NCBI GenBank assembly: GCA_030740315.1
Contig: JASLXN010000004.1
Location: forward strand, 1-25,803
Direction of reading: 5' to 3'
Length of the DNA stretch: 25,803 nucleotides
From: Dehalococcoidia bacterium
GTDB taxonomy: Bacteria > Chloroflexota > Dehalococcoidia > JACVQG01 > JAHKAY01
Numbering within the stretch: the stretch's first letter is position 1; each line of letters starts with the position of its first letter. Under the pieces are notes generated by a model. It was given only the letters and a program-made list of their open reading frames with translations. It was not told the DNA's origin and searched no databases. Shown in pieces: positions 7,975 through 17,369 of the stretch. A program made the translations under genes and the position numbers.

Positions 7975-10900
7975 ATGTTTACACATCTGCATGTCCACTC
8001 GGAGTTCAGCCTGCTGGATGGTATGGGCCGCATTCCGAACCTAGTGGCCCGGGCCGGGGAACTGGGCATGGAGGCCTTGGCCCTCACCGACCACGGCAAC
8101 CTCTACGGTGCTATCGATTTCTACCAGGAGGCCCGCCGGGCCGGAATAAAGCCCATCATCGGCTGCGAAATTTATGTGGCTCCAGGCTCACGGCACTCCC
8201 GGTCTGCAGCGGACAAGAGCGGATACCATCTCGTCCTGCTGGCTACAAACTCCGTGGGCTATTCCAACCTCATAAATCTGGTTACATTGGCCAACCTGGA
8301 GGGCTTTTTCTACAAGCCCCGTGTGGACAAGGAGTTGCTAACGCGGCACAGCGAGGGGCTCATCGGCCTGTCCGCATGCCTCCAGGGCGAGGTGACCCGT
8401 CTGCTTCTGGAGGGGAGGGGGGAGGACGCCCGACAGGCAGCCCGCTGGTACCACCAGAACCTGCCAGAATTCTACTTGGAGCTACAGCCACACCCCATGC
8501 CGGAGGTGGAGCAGGCTAACCGGGAGTTGATAAAGCTGAGCGCTGAGCAGGGGCTGCCGCTGGTAGCCACCAACGATGTTCACTACGTGCGCCAGGAGGA
8601 TGCCTATGCCCATGACCTGCTGCTATGCATTCAGACCAACACCTCTGTATACGATGAAAAGCGAATCAAGATGCCGGGGGACTACTTCTATTTGCGCAGC
8701 CCCCAGGATATAGCACAGGCCTTTGCCCATGTGCCCCAGGCCGTGGAGAACACCGGCCTCATAGCAGGTAAGTGCAACCTGGAGTTAGAGTTCGGCCGCC
8801 TGCACCTGCCCCAGGTGGAAATGGACGAGGATGTGACCGCAGAGGACCACCTGTCCGAGCTCTGCTGGAAGGGGTTCCACAGGATGTTCCCCGAAGGCTC
8901 CACTGAGGCGGAGGACAGGTTGCGCTACGAATTGGATGTGATCGCCACCACCGACTTCACCAGCTATTTCCTGGTGGTCTGGGACATCGTGTCCTTCGCC
9001 CGGAGGCGGGGCATCCTGGTAGGAGTGAGGGGCAGTGCCGCCGCCAGCCTGGCCCTTTACTGCCTGGGTGTTACGGAGATAGACCCCCTGGGACACCGAC
9101 TGGTTTTTGAGCGGTTCCTCAACTTAGAGCGCCGGGAGATGCCGGACATAGATGTGGACTTTCAGGATGACCGCAGGGATGAGGTGATTGCCTATGTCAC
9201 CGAACGCTACGGCCAGGACCATGTGGCTCAGATTATCACCTTCGGCACTCTGGGCGCCAAGGCGGTGGTACGGGATGTGGGCCGCGCCCTGGGGCTGCCC
9301 TACAGCCAAGCTGATAGGGTGGCCAGGCTCATCCCTGGCGGCCCTAATGTCACTCTTGAGCGTGCGGTAGAGGATAGCCCGGAGCTACGGGATATTTACC
9401 AGCAGGACGAGACGGTGACCAATCTAGTAGACTCTTCCCGCAAGCTAGAGGGCCTGGCCCGCCACGCCAGCACCCACGCCGCGGGCGTGGTCATCTCTCC
9501 GGAGCCGCTCACCCACTATGTGCCGCTGCAAAGGGCCAACCGCAGTGAAGGGGTAATGACCCAGTTCACCATGGAGAGCATCGCCCAGATAGGGCTGCTC
9601 AAGATGGACCTGCTGGGGCTGGGCAATTTGACGGTGCTGGACAGGGTACGGCCCCTGGTGTCCCAGTATAAAGGTATAGAAATAGACTTAGCTCACCTCC
9701 CGCTGGACGACGCCAGGACCTATGAACTGCTCTCCTCGGGGGAGACGAACTCGGTGTTCCAGCTTGAAGGCGGAGGCATGCGCCACTTCATCAAAGAGCT
9801 TAAGCCTTCCTCCTTCAAGGACATCGCCGCCCTGGTGGCCCTTTACCGCCCCGGGCCTATGGAGCACTTCCCGACCTTCATCCGGGCCAAGCACGGCCTT
9901 GAGCCGGTTCGCTACCCAGATCCTACCCTTCAGGACATTCTGGAGGAAACCTACGGTGTCATCGTGTACCAGGACCAAGTGCTACTGATAGTGCAGGCGC
10001 TGGCGGGATACACCCTAGGTGAGGCCGATATATTCCGCAAGGCTATGGGCAAGAAAATCCCTGAGGTGATGCGTAAGGAGCGGCAGAAGTTCTTGCAGGG
10101 GGCCGGGAAGAAGGGCTTCTCCGAAGAGGTGGCGTCCGAGGTCTTTCAACTCATTGAGCCTTTTGCCGGCTATGCCTTCAACAAGGCCCACTCCGTAAGC
10201 TACGCCCTCATCGCCTACCAGACGGCCTATTGCAAAGCCAACTACCCTGTGGAGTATATGACGGCTGTCCTCAATACCACGATGGATAATCAGACCAAGA
10301 TGTCGGCGGCCGTTGCCGAGTGCCGGCGGCTGGGGATAAAGGTGCTGCCGCCGGATGTGGACCAGAGCGGCCCCCGGTTTTCCATTGAAGAGGAAAACAT
10401 TCGCTTTGGCCTGGCGGCGGTAAAGAATGTGGGGGTATCGGCCGTGGAGCCAATTCTGGAGGCCAGGGCTAAGGGCGGCCATTTCATCTCCATTGAGGAC
10501 TTCTGCCAGCGGGTGGACCTGCGCCGGGTCAACAAGCGTGCGCTGGAAAGTGTCATTAAGGTGGGTGCCCTAGACGGGCTAGGACACCGCCTGGGGCTGC
10601 TGCACAGCCTGGACCGTATCATTTCCCTATCGCAGCAGCGGCAGCAACTTCAGGAGCGGGGCCAGACCAGCATGTTTGACCTGTGGGGACAGAGCGTGCC
10701 CGTGCCCATGCCCAGCCTGGAGATGGACTCGACAGAGGTAGCCCCGCGGGAGAGGATGTCCTGGGAGAAGGAGCTGCTGGGGGTGTTCCTCTCCGATACC
10801 GGCCTGGGAGAGATGGCCCAGGGTGCACGCAGCATCGGTGCCCAAATGTGTGGCGAGATAGACCAGGATCTGGTGGGCCAGCGGCTGGTGGTGGCAGGTT

Positions 10901-11421
10901 TGGTAAGCTCGGTGCGCACCTTGAACACGCGGGATGGGCGATTCTTCATTATATGCGTTTTAGAGGACATCTCCGGCAGCATTGAAGTAAGCGTTTGGTC
11001 CGAGGTATACGGGCGTACCCAGGAGTTGTGGGAGGAGGGCAACTTGGTCGTGGTCTCGGGGCGGGTTAAGCAGCGTGCTGGAGAGATTGGCATCTCCTGC
11101 GAGCGGGCCGAGGCCTATCGGCCCTCCGCTGCGCCCCAATCCGTCACCACCCCACAACCCACCCACGGCCCAGTGCAGCGGCTGGTGGTGCGGCTGACCG
11201 CCTCCGGGGAGGAGGACGATGACCGTGCCCTGCTCATGCAGGTGGTGGCTATGCTCCGGGGTTTCCCCGGCGAAGTAGTGGTGAGGCTGGCAATCAGCAA
11301 CGGCGACGGTGATGTGCAGTTGCTGGAGCTACCCAGTGAGTACGGGGTGGAATACGGCCCCCTCCTACACCAGAAGCTGGCGTCCTTGGTGGGCGACGCC
11401 GGCGTGACGATGGAATTGTAA
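7975..11421 (+). CDS. dnaE: DNA polymerase III alpha subunit
   Basis: PHP domain HLHVHSEFSLLDG and TDHGNLYG; GRG-like VRGSAAASL; PDIDVDF catalytic motif; LLKMDLLGL, FQLE and YAFNKAHS; HhH, OB-fold and C-terminal domains. 1148 aa, no intein. Confidence 0.98.
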   Translation: MFTHLHVHSEFSLLDGMGRIPNLVARAGELGMEALALTDHGNLYGAIDFYQEARRAGIKPIIGCEIYVAPGSRHSRSAADKSGYHLVLLATNSVGYSNLINLVTLANLEGFFYKPRVDKELLTRHSEGLIGLSACLQGEVTRLLLEGRGEDARQAARWYHQNLPEFYLELQPHPMPEVEQANRELIKLSAEQGLPLVATNDVHYVRQEDAYAHDLLLCIQTNTSVYDEKRIKMPGDYFYLRSPQDIAQAFAHVPQAVENTGLIAGKCNLELEFGRLHLPQVEMDEDVTAEDHLSELCWKGFHRMFPEGSTEAEDRLRYELDVIATTDFTSYFLVVWDIVSFARRRGILVGVRGSAAASLALYCLGVTEIDPLGHRLVFERFLNLERREMPDIDVDFQDDRRDEVIAYVTERYGQDHVAQIITFGTLGAKAVVRDVGRALGLPYSQADRVARLIPGGPNVTLERAVEDSPELRDIYQQDETVTNLVDSSRKLEGLARHASTHAAGVVISPEPLTHYVPLQRANRSEGVMTQFTMESIAQIGLLKMDLLGLGNLTVLDRVRPLVSQYKGIEIDLAHLPLDDARTYELLSSGETNSVFQLEGGGMRHFIKELKPSSFKDIAALVALYRPGPMEHFPTFIRAKHGLEPVRYPDPTLQDILEETYGVIVYQDQVLLIVQALAGYTLGEADIFRKAMGKKIPEVMRKERQKFLQGAGKKGFSEEVASEVFQLIEPFAGYAFNKAHSVSYALIAYQTAYCKANYPVEYMTAVLNTTMDNQTKMSAAVAECRRLGIKVLPPDVDQSGPRFSIEEENIRFGLAAVKNVGVSAVEPILEARAKGGHFISIEDFCQRVDLRRVNKRALESVIKVGALDGLGHRLGLLHSLDRIISLSQQRQQLQERGQTSMFDLWGQSVPVPMPSLEMDSTEVAPRERMSWEKELLGVFLSDTGLGEMAQGARSIGAQMCGEIDQDLVGQRLVVAGLVSSVRTLNTRDGRFFIICVLEDISGSIEVSVWSEVYGRTQELWEEGNLVVVSGRVKQRAGEIGISCERAEAYRPSAAPQSVTTPQPTHGPVQRLVVRLTASGEEDDDRALLMQVVAMLRGFPGEVVVRLAISNGDGDVQLLELPSEYGVEYGPLLHQKLASLVGDAGVTMEL

Positions 11422-11558
11422 GTTGTAAGAGGGTGTTAGCAGACCGCTGGTTCCCGCCTGCCGGTATATAGCCTGATACACCGCCTTGGGTCAACCTCAT
11501 AGCTTTTAGGATAGGGGGCACAGTGGGGGTAGTGGGCATATTCCGGCCGTGGCATACC

Positions 11559-12056
11559 TCAGGGGGCTGAGAGTCCTCCTGCCTCCAACCTCAGCATCCT
11601 GCGCTTGAGTTCTACCCCACCGCTGAAACCGCCCAGTCCGTTGTGGCCTACCACCCGGTGACATGGTATGACGAGTGGAACTGAGTTGCGGGCCACGGCC
11701 TGCCCCACCGCCCGTGGCCCCTTGGGCACCCCCACCGCCGTGGCCACCCAGCCATAGCTCCGCGTCTCCCCGTAGGGGATGCCCTGCAGCCTGTCCATGA
11801 CATGGCGCTGGAACGGAGACGCGCCGTCCAGATCCACGGCATCCGGGAACTTCACCCGTTCCCCGGCAAAGTACCTGGTTATGCGCTGAGGCAGGTCACC
11901 AAAGGCGGAAGGGTTCTGGGGAGAATCCACAAGCTGCCCCATCTCTCTCAACACTTCATCGCGGTCCTGCCGTGGCAGGGCCAGCCGCATAAGACCCCGT
12001 GAGGAGGCCAGCAGCCCAACCCATCCCAAAGCCGTAGAGAAGATATAGAACTCCAT
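11559..12056 (-). CDS. ogt: Methylated-DNA--protein-cysteine methyltransferase
   Basis: IPYGETRSYG, PRAVGQA and active-site IPCHRVV, followed by GLGGFSGG. ATG 12056 after GGAGG. Confidence 0.93.
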   Translation of the reverse strand: MEFYIFSTALGWVGLLASSRGLMRLALPRQDRDEVLREMGQLVDSPQNPSAFGDLPQRITRYFAGERVKFPDAVDLDGASPFQRHVMDRLQGIPYGETRSYGWVATAVGVPKGPRAVGQAVARNSVPLVIPCHRVVGHNGLGGFSGGVELKRRMLRLEAGGLSAP

Positions 12057-12280
12057 CAAAAGCCTCCGCAGGGGATTTCAAGCGCCATCATTATAATAAT
12101 AGACCAAAAACCCGGCTTCTGAAATATTCAAGTGTTCGGATTCGGCATGAGTTTTCCAGCGGTTTGGGGGACGAAGCCCCCGGAAAAACAGCAACAGGTA
12201 GACAGGAATATGGATACCATCCATCCCGAGGTCGGTTAGCAAACCTTTTCTTCCCGCCCTCCCGCCCATTTCATATCTGT

Positions 12281-12333
12281 GGGGGGGCACATCCACACCC
12301 CAGCCGAATCGGCAGAGCCCCTTTGGAATCCCC
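12281..12333. repeat. Dispersed REP/MITE-like repeat, related to copies at 22813 and about 22932
   Basis: GGGGGGGCAC..CACCCCAG..GGC..GCCCCTTTGGAATCC aligns by eye to 22813-22865 at 36 of 51 positions with two gaps. Confidence 0.5.
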
Positions 12334-12422
12334 ATTTACAAACAACCTCCACTCCTCGGCTTGACCCCGGCACCCCTTTTGGATTATTCTTCTCTGAAAC
12401 TCGCAGGGAGGTACATCCGGGC

Positions 12423-13625
12423 ATGATACTGGAAGGGGTGCAGATTATAGATTGGACCGGATTCCTGGTAGGGCCGGTTGCCGGTTCCATGCTGGGCGAC
12501 TTGGGTGCGGAAGTAATTAAGGTGGAGCAGTTGGGGCGGGGCGACCCGCTGCGGGGGTTACAGACCTTCTTCGGTGTGCCCCTGGGGCTGCCTCAGGGCC
12601 GCCATGCCGCCTTTGAGCACCACAACCGCAACAAGCGGGGCATTGTGGTTGACTTGGAGTCCCCAGAGGGGAGGAAGGTCATTTATCGGCTGGTAGAGAA
12701 GGCCGATGTCTTCCTTACCAATTTCCGTCCCAGGGCTTGTGCCAAGTTGGGAATGGAGTATGACGACCTGCGCCCGCATAACCCCAAGCTAATCTACGCC
12801 AGGGCCTCCGGTTTCGGCGAGAAAGGCCCCGACAACGGGCTGCCTTCCATAGACCTGATTCCCCAGGCCCGAAGCGGCATCATGATGGCCAGTGGTGAGC
12901 CTGATATGCCACCGGTGCACATCTCCACCGGGCTGGCGGACTCGGTGACCGCCATTATGCTGGCCTACGGCGTGGTGACCGCCCTGCTGGGCCGGGAGCG
13001 GAACGGCCAGGGGCAGATGGTGACCGTCTCCCAGTTGGGAAGCATGATGGCCCTCCAAGGCTTTGTGACTCAGCTAAGGATGTTCCCGGGGCTGGACTTC
13101 CCCCGGCACGACCGGAACACCCCCTCCAACCCCCTTTACAACTACTACAAGTGTCAGGATGGCAAGTGGGTGGCGCTGGCCCTGATTCTAGAGAGACACT
13201 GGCCGCTCTTCTGCCACGCCCTGGAGCTGCCGGAGCTGGAAAAGGATTCTCGGTTTGAGAACATCATCAAGCGGCGGGAAAACCGCCAGGAGCTGACCGC
13301 AATCCTGGACCGGGTCATTGCCTCCAGACCGTATAGCGAGTGGGACCGGGCATTCAGAGAGGCCGACCTTATCTATGGCCCAATCCAGGAGATAGCCGAC
13401 CTGCCGCACGACCCCCAAGTGATTGAGAATGATTATATGATAGACTTTGACCACCCCAATTTCGGCAAAGTGCAGTACCCGGGGTTTCCCGTCCAGTTTA
13501 GCGAGACCCCGCCGTCCCTGAGGATGCCCGCCCCAGAGTTCGGCCAGCATACGGAAGAGGTGCTTCTGGAGAATGGATATAGCTGGGAGGACATAGCCGT
13601 GCTGGGCGAGCGCGGGGTTATTTAG
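12423..13625 (+). CDS. Family III CoA-transferase (CaiB/BaiF)
   Basis: LEGVQIID..GPVAGSMLGDLGAEVIKVE, NRNKRGIVVDL, ADVFLTNFRP, SGFGEKGP, catalytic Asp in GLADSVTA, and APEFGQHTEEVL. Start placed at ATG 12423 after GGGAGG. Confidence 0.93.
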   Translation: MILEGVQIIDWTGFLVGPVAGSMLGDLGAEVIKVEQLGRGDPLRGLQTFFGVPLGLPQGRHAAFEHHNRNKRGIVVDLESPEGRKVIYRLVEKADVFLTNFRPRACAKLGMEYDDLRPHNPKLIYARASGFGEKGPDNGLPSIDLIPQARSGIMMASGEPDMPPVHISTGLADSVTAIMLAYGVVTALLGRERNGQGQMVTVSQLGSMMALQGFVTQLRMFPGLDFPRHDRNTPSNPLYNYYKCQDGKWVALALILERHWPLFCHALELPELEKDSRFENIIKRRENRQELTAILDRVIASRPYSEWDRAFREADLIYGPIQEIADLPHDPQVIENDYMIDFDHPNFGKVQYPGFPVQFSETPPSLRMPAPEFGQHTEEVLLENGYSWEDIAVLGERGVI

Positions 13626-13670
13626 GGGAGAGCCGTACCTTTAGCCCCTAGCCCCGCATAAGGAGGAATC

Positions 13671-14945
13671 ATGTCAGTTGTTACCCGGTATCCCACCCGC
13701 CCCCTGGAGTTTTGGGGGAGGATGAAGGAGTTGCGCCGCAACCTCAATCGCCGTGCGTGGGAGACTCGAAACCCGCCATACCCATTGCTGGCTGGGTTGG
13801 GGGAATGGGCACGCCGCCTGTACGGGCCATATTTTACGGTGGCCATGAGGAACCCAGAAATCCTCCTCCAGTACCACGAGGCCGCCGATGCCCACGGCTA
13901 CCCACGAGGGGAGATGTGTTCCTCCATGCACCACTATATGGGTGAACTACTCCTGGGGCTGACCACTATGAATCCCAGCAATGGCGAGTCCAGCCCCGTG
14001 GATGTGGTGGTTGAGGTGGAGTTCTGCAACTCAGTGGCCAAGACCGCTCAGATAGCCGGAGAGGTGCTGGGCGTGCCTCACTTCGTCCTGGATGTGCCAC
14101 AGGAGGGGGGGGAGGCAGCCATAAAGTATGTAGCCGCCCGGCTTCACGAAGCCGTGGACTTCTTGACCAAGGCCACGGGCAAGGAGTACCACGACGAACT
14201 CCTGGTTGAGGCGGTGAAGAACTGGTGGGAGCAGGGGGTTATCATTGCGAAAATCTGCATGGCCAACCAGGCGGTGCCGGCCCCGCTGGACTTCCGCATG
14301 CTGCAGGAGATGAGGGTGCCCAGCATAGTAGGCGGTCACTTGCCGGAGGTGCTGGCCTACTTTGAGGATGTGCTGGCGGAGATAAACGACCGGGTGCATG
14401 ACGGCATCTCCGCCACCGGGGTGGAGACCGCCCGCCTGGTCTATGAGGGTGAGCCTATGTTCTATGCGGAGAACTTCATCCCGGACCTGTGCCAGCGCTA
14501 CGGGGCAGTCATACTGGGGGGCTTTACCGGCTTCAGCCGTGGGGTGTGGGACATATCCCCAGAGGGGCGTTGGGCCCCTGCCCCGCGGTTTAAGGATACC
14601 GGAGCGGTGCTCAAGAACAGGGATGATACCATGGAGTTCCTGGCCCGGTGCTATGTGAACAACAGGCCCCTGTACCACTGTGCCAAACTGGGTGAGAAAT
14701 CTGGCGAGTACCTGCACCGGGCGGTGGACTGGAAATGCCAGGGCAGTATCCTGCACCTGGATGTGGGCTGCCGGAACCAGGCGGCAGGCATGCTGGAAGC
14801 CGCACAGGTCCTGGAGGCGCACGACATCGCCACCGTAGCCTACGAGTCCAGCAATGGGGACGCCCGGTATTTCTCCCCGCACCAGGTGACGGACAGGCTG
14901 GAACCCTTCCTGGAAAGGCTCGGCCTCCGGCCCCTGGAGGACTGA
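13671..14945 (+). CDS. BzdO-like subunit of the benzoyl-CoA reductase / 2-hydroxyacyl-CoA dehydratase family
   Basis: N-terminal YPTxPLxxWGxxKELR, AGLG, GYPRGEMCS, PAPLD, DRVxxGI, YGAV and GCxxxxxG. Three candidate Fe-S Cys ligands (EMCS, EFCN, GCRN). SD AAGGAGG. Confidence 0.8.
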   Translation: MSVVTRYPTRPLEFWGRMKELRRNLNRRAWETRNPPYPLLAGLGEWARRLYGPYFTVAMRNPEILLQYHEAADAHGYPRGEMCSSMHHYMGELLLGLTTMNPSNGESSPVDVVVEVEFCNSVAKTAQIAGEVLGVPHFVLDVPQEGGEAAIKYVAARLHEAVDFLTKATGKEYHDELLVEAVKNWWEQGVIIAKICMANQAVPAPLDFRMLQEMRVPSIVGGHLPEVLAYFEDVLAEINDRVHDGISATGVETARLVYEGEPMFYAENFIPDLCQRYGAVILGGFTGFSRGVWDISPEGRWAPAPRFKDTGAVLKNRDDTMEFLARCYVNNRPLYHCAKLGEKSGEYLHRAVDWKCQGSILHLDVGCRNQAAGMLEAAQVLEAHDIATVAYESSNGDARYFSPHQVTDRLEPFLERLGLRPLED

Positions 14946-15029
14946 AACCCGACCTAGTCGTCCGGTAAGCTTCTATGTGGTGCCATATCTGCAGCCACAC
15001 GGCTGAGATGCGTGGTCCGGGTTTCGCTG

Positions 15030-15038
15030 TGCTACAAT
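15030..15038 (+). promoter_or_regulatory. Putative extended -10 promoter for the ADH-SDR genes
   Basis: TGcTACAAT 27 bp upstream of ATG 15066, with SD AGGAGG in between. Confidence 0.45.
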
Positions 15039-15065
15039 GGCCCCAGACCGCATAGGAGGTGACGC

Positions 15066-16157
15066 ATGAAGGGAAAGGCAGCAGTGCTGACTGCTCAGGG
15101 CTCTCCTATGGAGATATGGGAGCTGCCCGTGCCGGATGTGGAGCCTTGGGCCGTCCTCATCAAGGTCAGCTTGGCCAATATCTGCGGTTCTGACCTGCAC
15201 TACTGGAGGGGCGAAGCCCCTTGGCGGGTGGTGCCCGCCATCATGGGCCACGAGATGACGGGGACGGTCTTCCGGATGGGCCAGGGGGTGAGCACCGATT
15301 CCATGGGGCAGCCCTTATCCGAGGGGGACCGGGTGGTATACCCATATTTCTTTCCTTGTGACCGGTGCTTTGCCTGTACCCACGGCAACCGTGCCGCCTG
15401 CCCCAACACGCTGATACGGCGGGCCATTCCCTGTGACCAGCCTCCTCACTTCGTGGGGGCCTACGCCGAGTACTTTTACCTGCCGCCCCGCCATTATATT
15501 TTCAAGGTCCCCGATGACCTTTCAGATGAGATGGTGTCCCCGTTGAACTGCGCCCTCTGCGAGGTGCTCTACGGCCTAGACAGGGTGGGAGTCTCCCTGG
15601 GAGACACGGTGGTCATTCAGGGGGCGGGGGGGCTGGGTATCTACGCCACCGCCGTGGCCCGGGAGATGGGAGCCACCCAGGTAATAGTAATAGACCGCTA
15701 CCCGGAGAGGCTGGAGCTTGCCAAGGCCTTTGGGGCCGACCATACCATAAGCATGGAGGAATACACTACGCCCCGGGAACGCACGGGCAGGGTTAGGGAG
15801 CTTACCGGCGGCAGGGGGGCGGATGTGGTGGCGGAGCTGGCCGGGTTCCCAGAGGTGCTGTCCGAGGGCATAAACATGGTCAGCGTGGCGGGGAGCTACC
15901 TCCTTATCGGTAATATCAGCCGGGGCCTTAAGGCTGAGATTGATCCCTCTCTCATCGTAGCGGCAAGCCGAAAGCTGGTGGGGGTGATAACCTATGACCC
16001 GTGGGTGGTGCCCAGGGCGCTGGACTTCCTGAAGCGCAACAAGGAGAAGTACCCTTTCCACCGCCTGATATCCCATAAATTCCCCCTGGACCAGATAAAC
16101 GAGGCCTTCGCCTTTGCCGCCGAGGGACGGCTGTCCAGGGCCGCCCTGGTGCCTTGA
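15066..16157 (+). CDS. Zinc-dependent alcohol dehydrogenase (MDR superfamily, TM0436-like)
   Basis: ICGSDLH, GHE, structural zinc CDRCFAC..C, PLNCAL, GAGGLG, and Asp in VIDRY (NAD preference). Confidence 0.92.
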   Translation: MKGKAAVLTAQGSPMEIWELPVPDVEPWAVLIKVSLANICGSDLHYWRGEAPWRVVPAIMGHEMTGTVFRMGQGVSTDSMGQPLSEGDRVVYPYFFPCDRCFACTHGNRAACPNTLIRRAIPCDQPPHFVGAYAEYFYLPPRHYIFKVPDDLSDEMVSPLNCALCEVLYGLDRVGVSLGDTVVIQGAGGLGIYATAVAREMGATQVIVIDRYPERLELAKAFGADHTISMEEYTTPRERTGRVRELTGGRGADVVAELAGFPEVLSEGINMVSVAGSYLLIGNISRGLKAEIDPSLIVAASRKLVGVITYDPWVVPRALDFLKRNKEKYPFHRLISHKFPLDQINEAFAFAAEGRLSRAALVP

Positions 16158-16199
16158 GCGGCTCCAGCGTCCACATGCTGAACAAGAGGTGCAGATGAT

Positions 16200-17123
16200 A
16201 TGCCAATGCGATTGAAGGACACGGTAGCCGTGGTCACCGGTGCCGGCCGCGGCATAGGCCGGGCGGAGGCCATGGCCCTGGCGGCAGCTGGTGCCCATGT
16301 GGTGGTCAACGACTACGGCGGAGAGAAGGACGGCTCAGGCTCCTCGGGCTCCCCAGCGGACCAGGTTGCACAGGAGATACACCAGGCCGGGGGTAAGGCC
16401 ATAGCCAACCACGATACTGTGGCGACCATGGATGGGGATGAGAGTATTATCCGAGCAGCCCTAGACGGCTTCGGGCGCCTAGATATCCTGGTTAACAATG
16501 CCGGTATCCTCCGGGATCGGATGGTATACAACCTGAGTGAGGCGGAGTGGGACGATGTGATAAGGGTCCACCTGTATGGCACCTTTTTTTGCACACACCA
16601 TGCCGGGCGATTATTCCGGCAGCAGCGCGGGGGGCGTATAATCAACACCTCGTCCGCGGCGGGGCTGGGGGTATCCGGGATGTCCAACTACAGCGCCGCT
16701 AAAGAGGGCATAGTGGGATTCACTCGGTCTGTAGCCCGAGACTTGGGCAGGTACGGCGTTACCTGCAACGCCATCCGTCCCCGGGCTGGCACCCGTATGA
16801 CCCTGACTCCGGAGATGCAGGCCAGCGCAGCGAGGGCGCAGGCCATGGGCATCAGCGGCGGGGTCTTCGCCCGTGAGATGGAGCACGAGCGCCTCAAGCC
16901 AGAGGAGGTGGCCCCTTTCGTGGTCTACCTCGCTACAGACGAGGCCTCCGGTATAAACGGCTGTGTCTTCTTTGTGGCCGGCGGAGAGATAGCCCTTTTC
17001 CCGGAGCCGGTACCAGTGAAGACGCTTTACAAGGAGGGGCAGTGGAGCCTGGAGGAGTTGATGGATGCGGTGCCCCGGACTCTGTCTGCCGGACTGGTGA
17101 ACCCCGCCCCACCTGGCATTTAG
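16200..17123 (+). CDS. SDR oxidoreductase (hydroxyacyl-CoA/hydroxysteroid dehydrogenase-like, extended C-terminus)
   Basis: TGAGRGIG, VVVNDYG, LVNNAGILRDRM, NYSAAK, and CNAIRPRAGTRMT. Confidence 0.9.
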   Translation: MPMRLKDTVAVVTGAGRGIGRAEAMALAAAGAHVVVNDYGGEKDGSGSSGSPADQVAQEIHQAGGKAIANHDTVATMDGDESIIRAALDGFGRLDILVNNAGILRDRMVYNLSEAEWDDVIRVHLYGTFFCTHHAGRLFRQQRGGRIINTSSAAGLGVSGMSNYSAAKEGIVGFTRSVARDLGRYGVTCNAIRPRAGTRMTLTPEMQASAARAQAMGISGGVFAREMEHERLKPEEVAPFVVYLATDEASGINGCVFFVAGGEIALFPEPVPVKTLYKEGQWSLEELMDAVPRTLSAGLVNPAPPGI

Positions 17124-17177
17124 TACCTGCTTGCAGATTGCCGAGACGAGGGTTAGTATGTCTTGCAAGGTGAGTTC

Positions 17178-17232
17178 CTTTGCTGTGCTCAGGATGACAA
17201 ACATTACAAGTGTCATTCTGAGCGTAGCGAAG
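17178..17232. repeat. REP-like palindrome (TGTCATTCTGAGCGTAGCGAAG type)
   Basis: 22-bp arms at 17178-17199 and 17211-17232 with an 11-nt loop; 18 of 22 positions are Watson-Crick. Confidence 0.75.
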
Positions 17233-17369
17233 AATCCCTTTGCCACACTTACTTAAGCAACCAAGTACTAGTGACCCGTTGAGGGCGTTATCGGAGATGA
17301 TTGAGGGGTGGGTGGCGGGTTCGCTGCCATCCGATCTGCCGGGACGGCTGTTGATGTAAAGGAGGGGAT

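Noticed and set aside
14031-14882. 283-aa minus-strand ORF
   Set aside because: Antisense shadow of the BzdO-like gene.
17260-17273. KstR2-like operator (ACCAAGTACTAGTG) upstream of atuA
   Set aside because: Two mismatches in 10 fixed positions and a single copy; compatible with chance.
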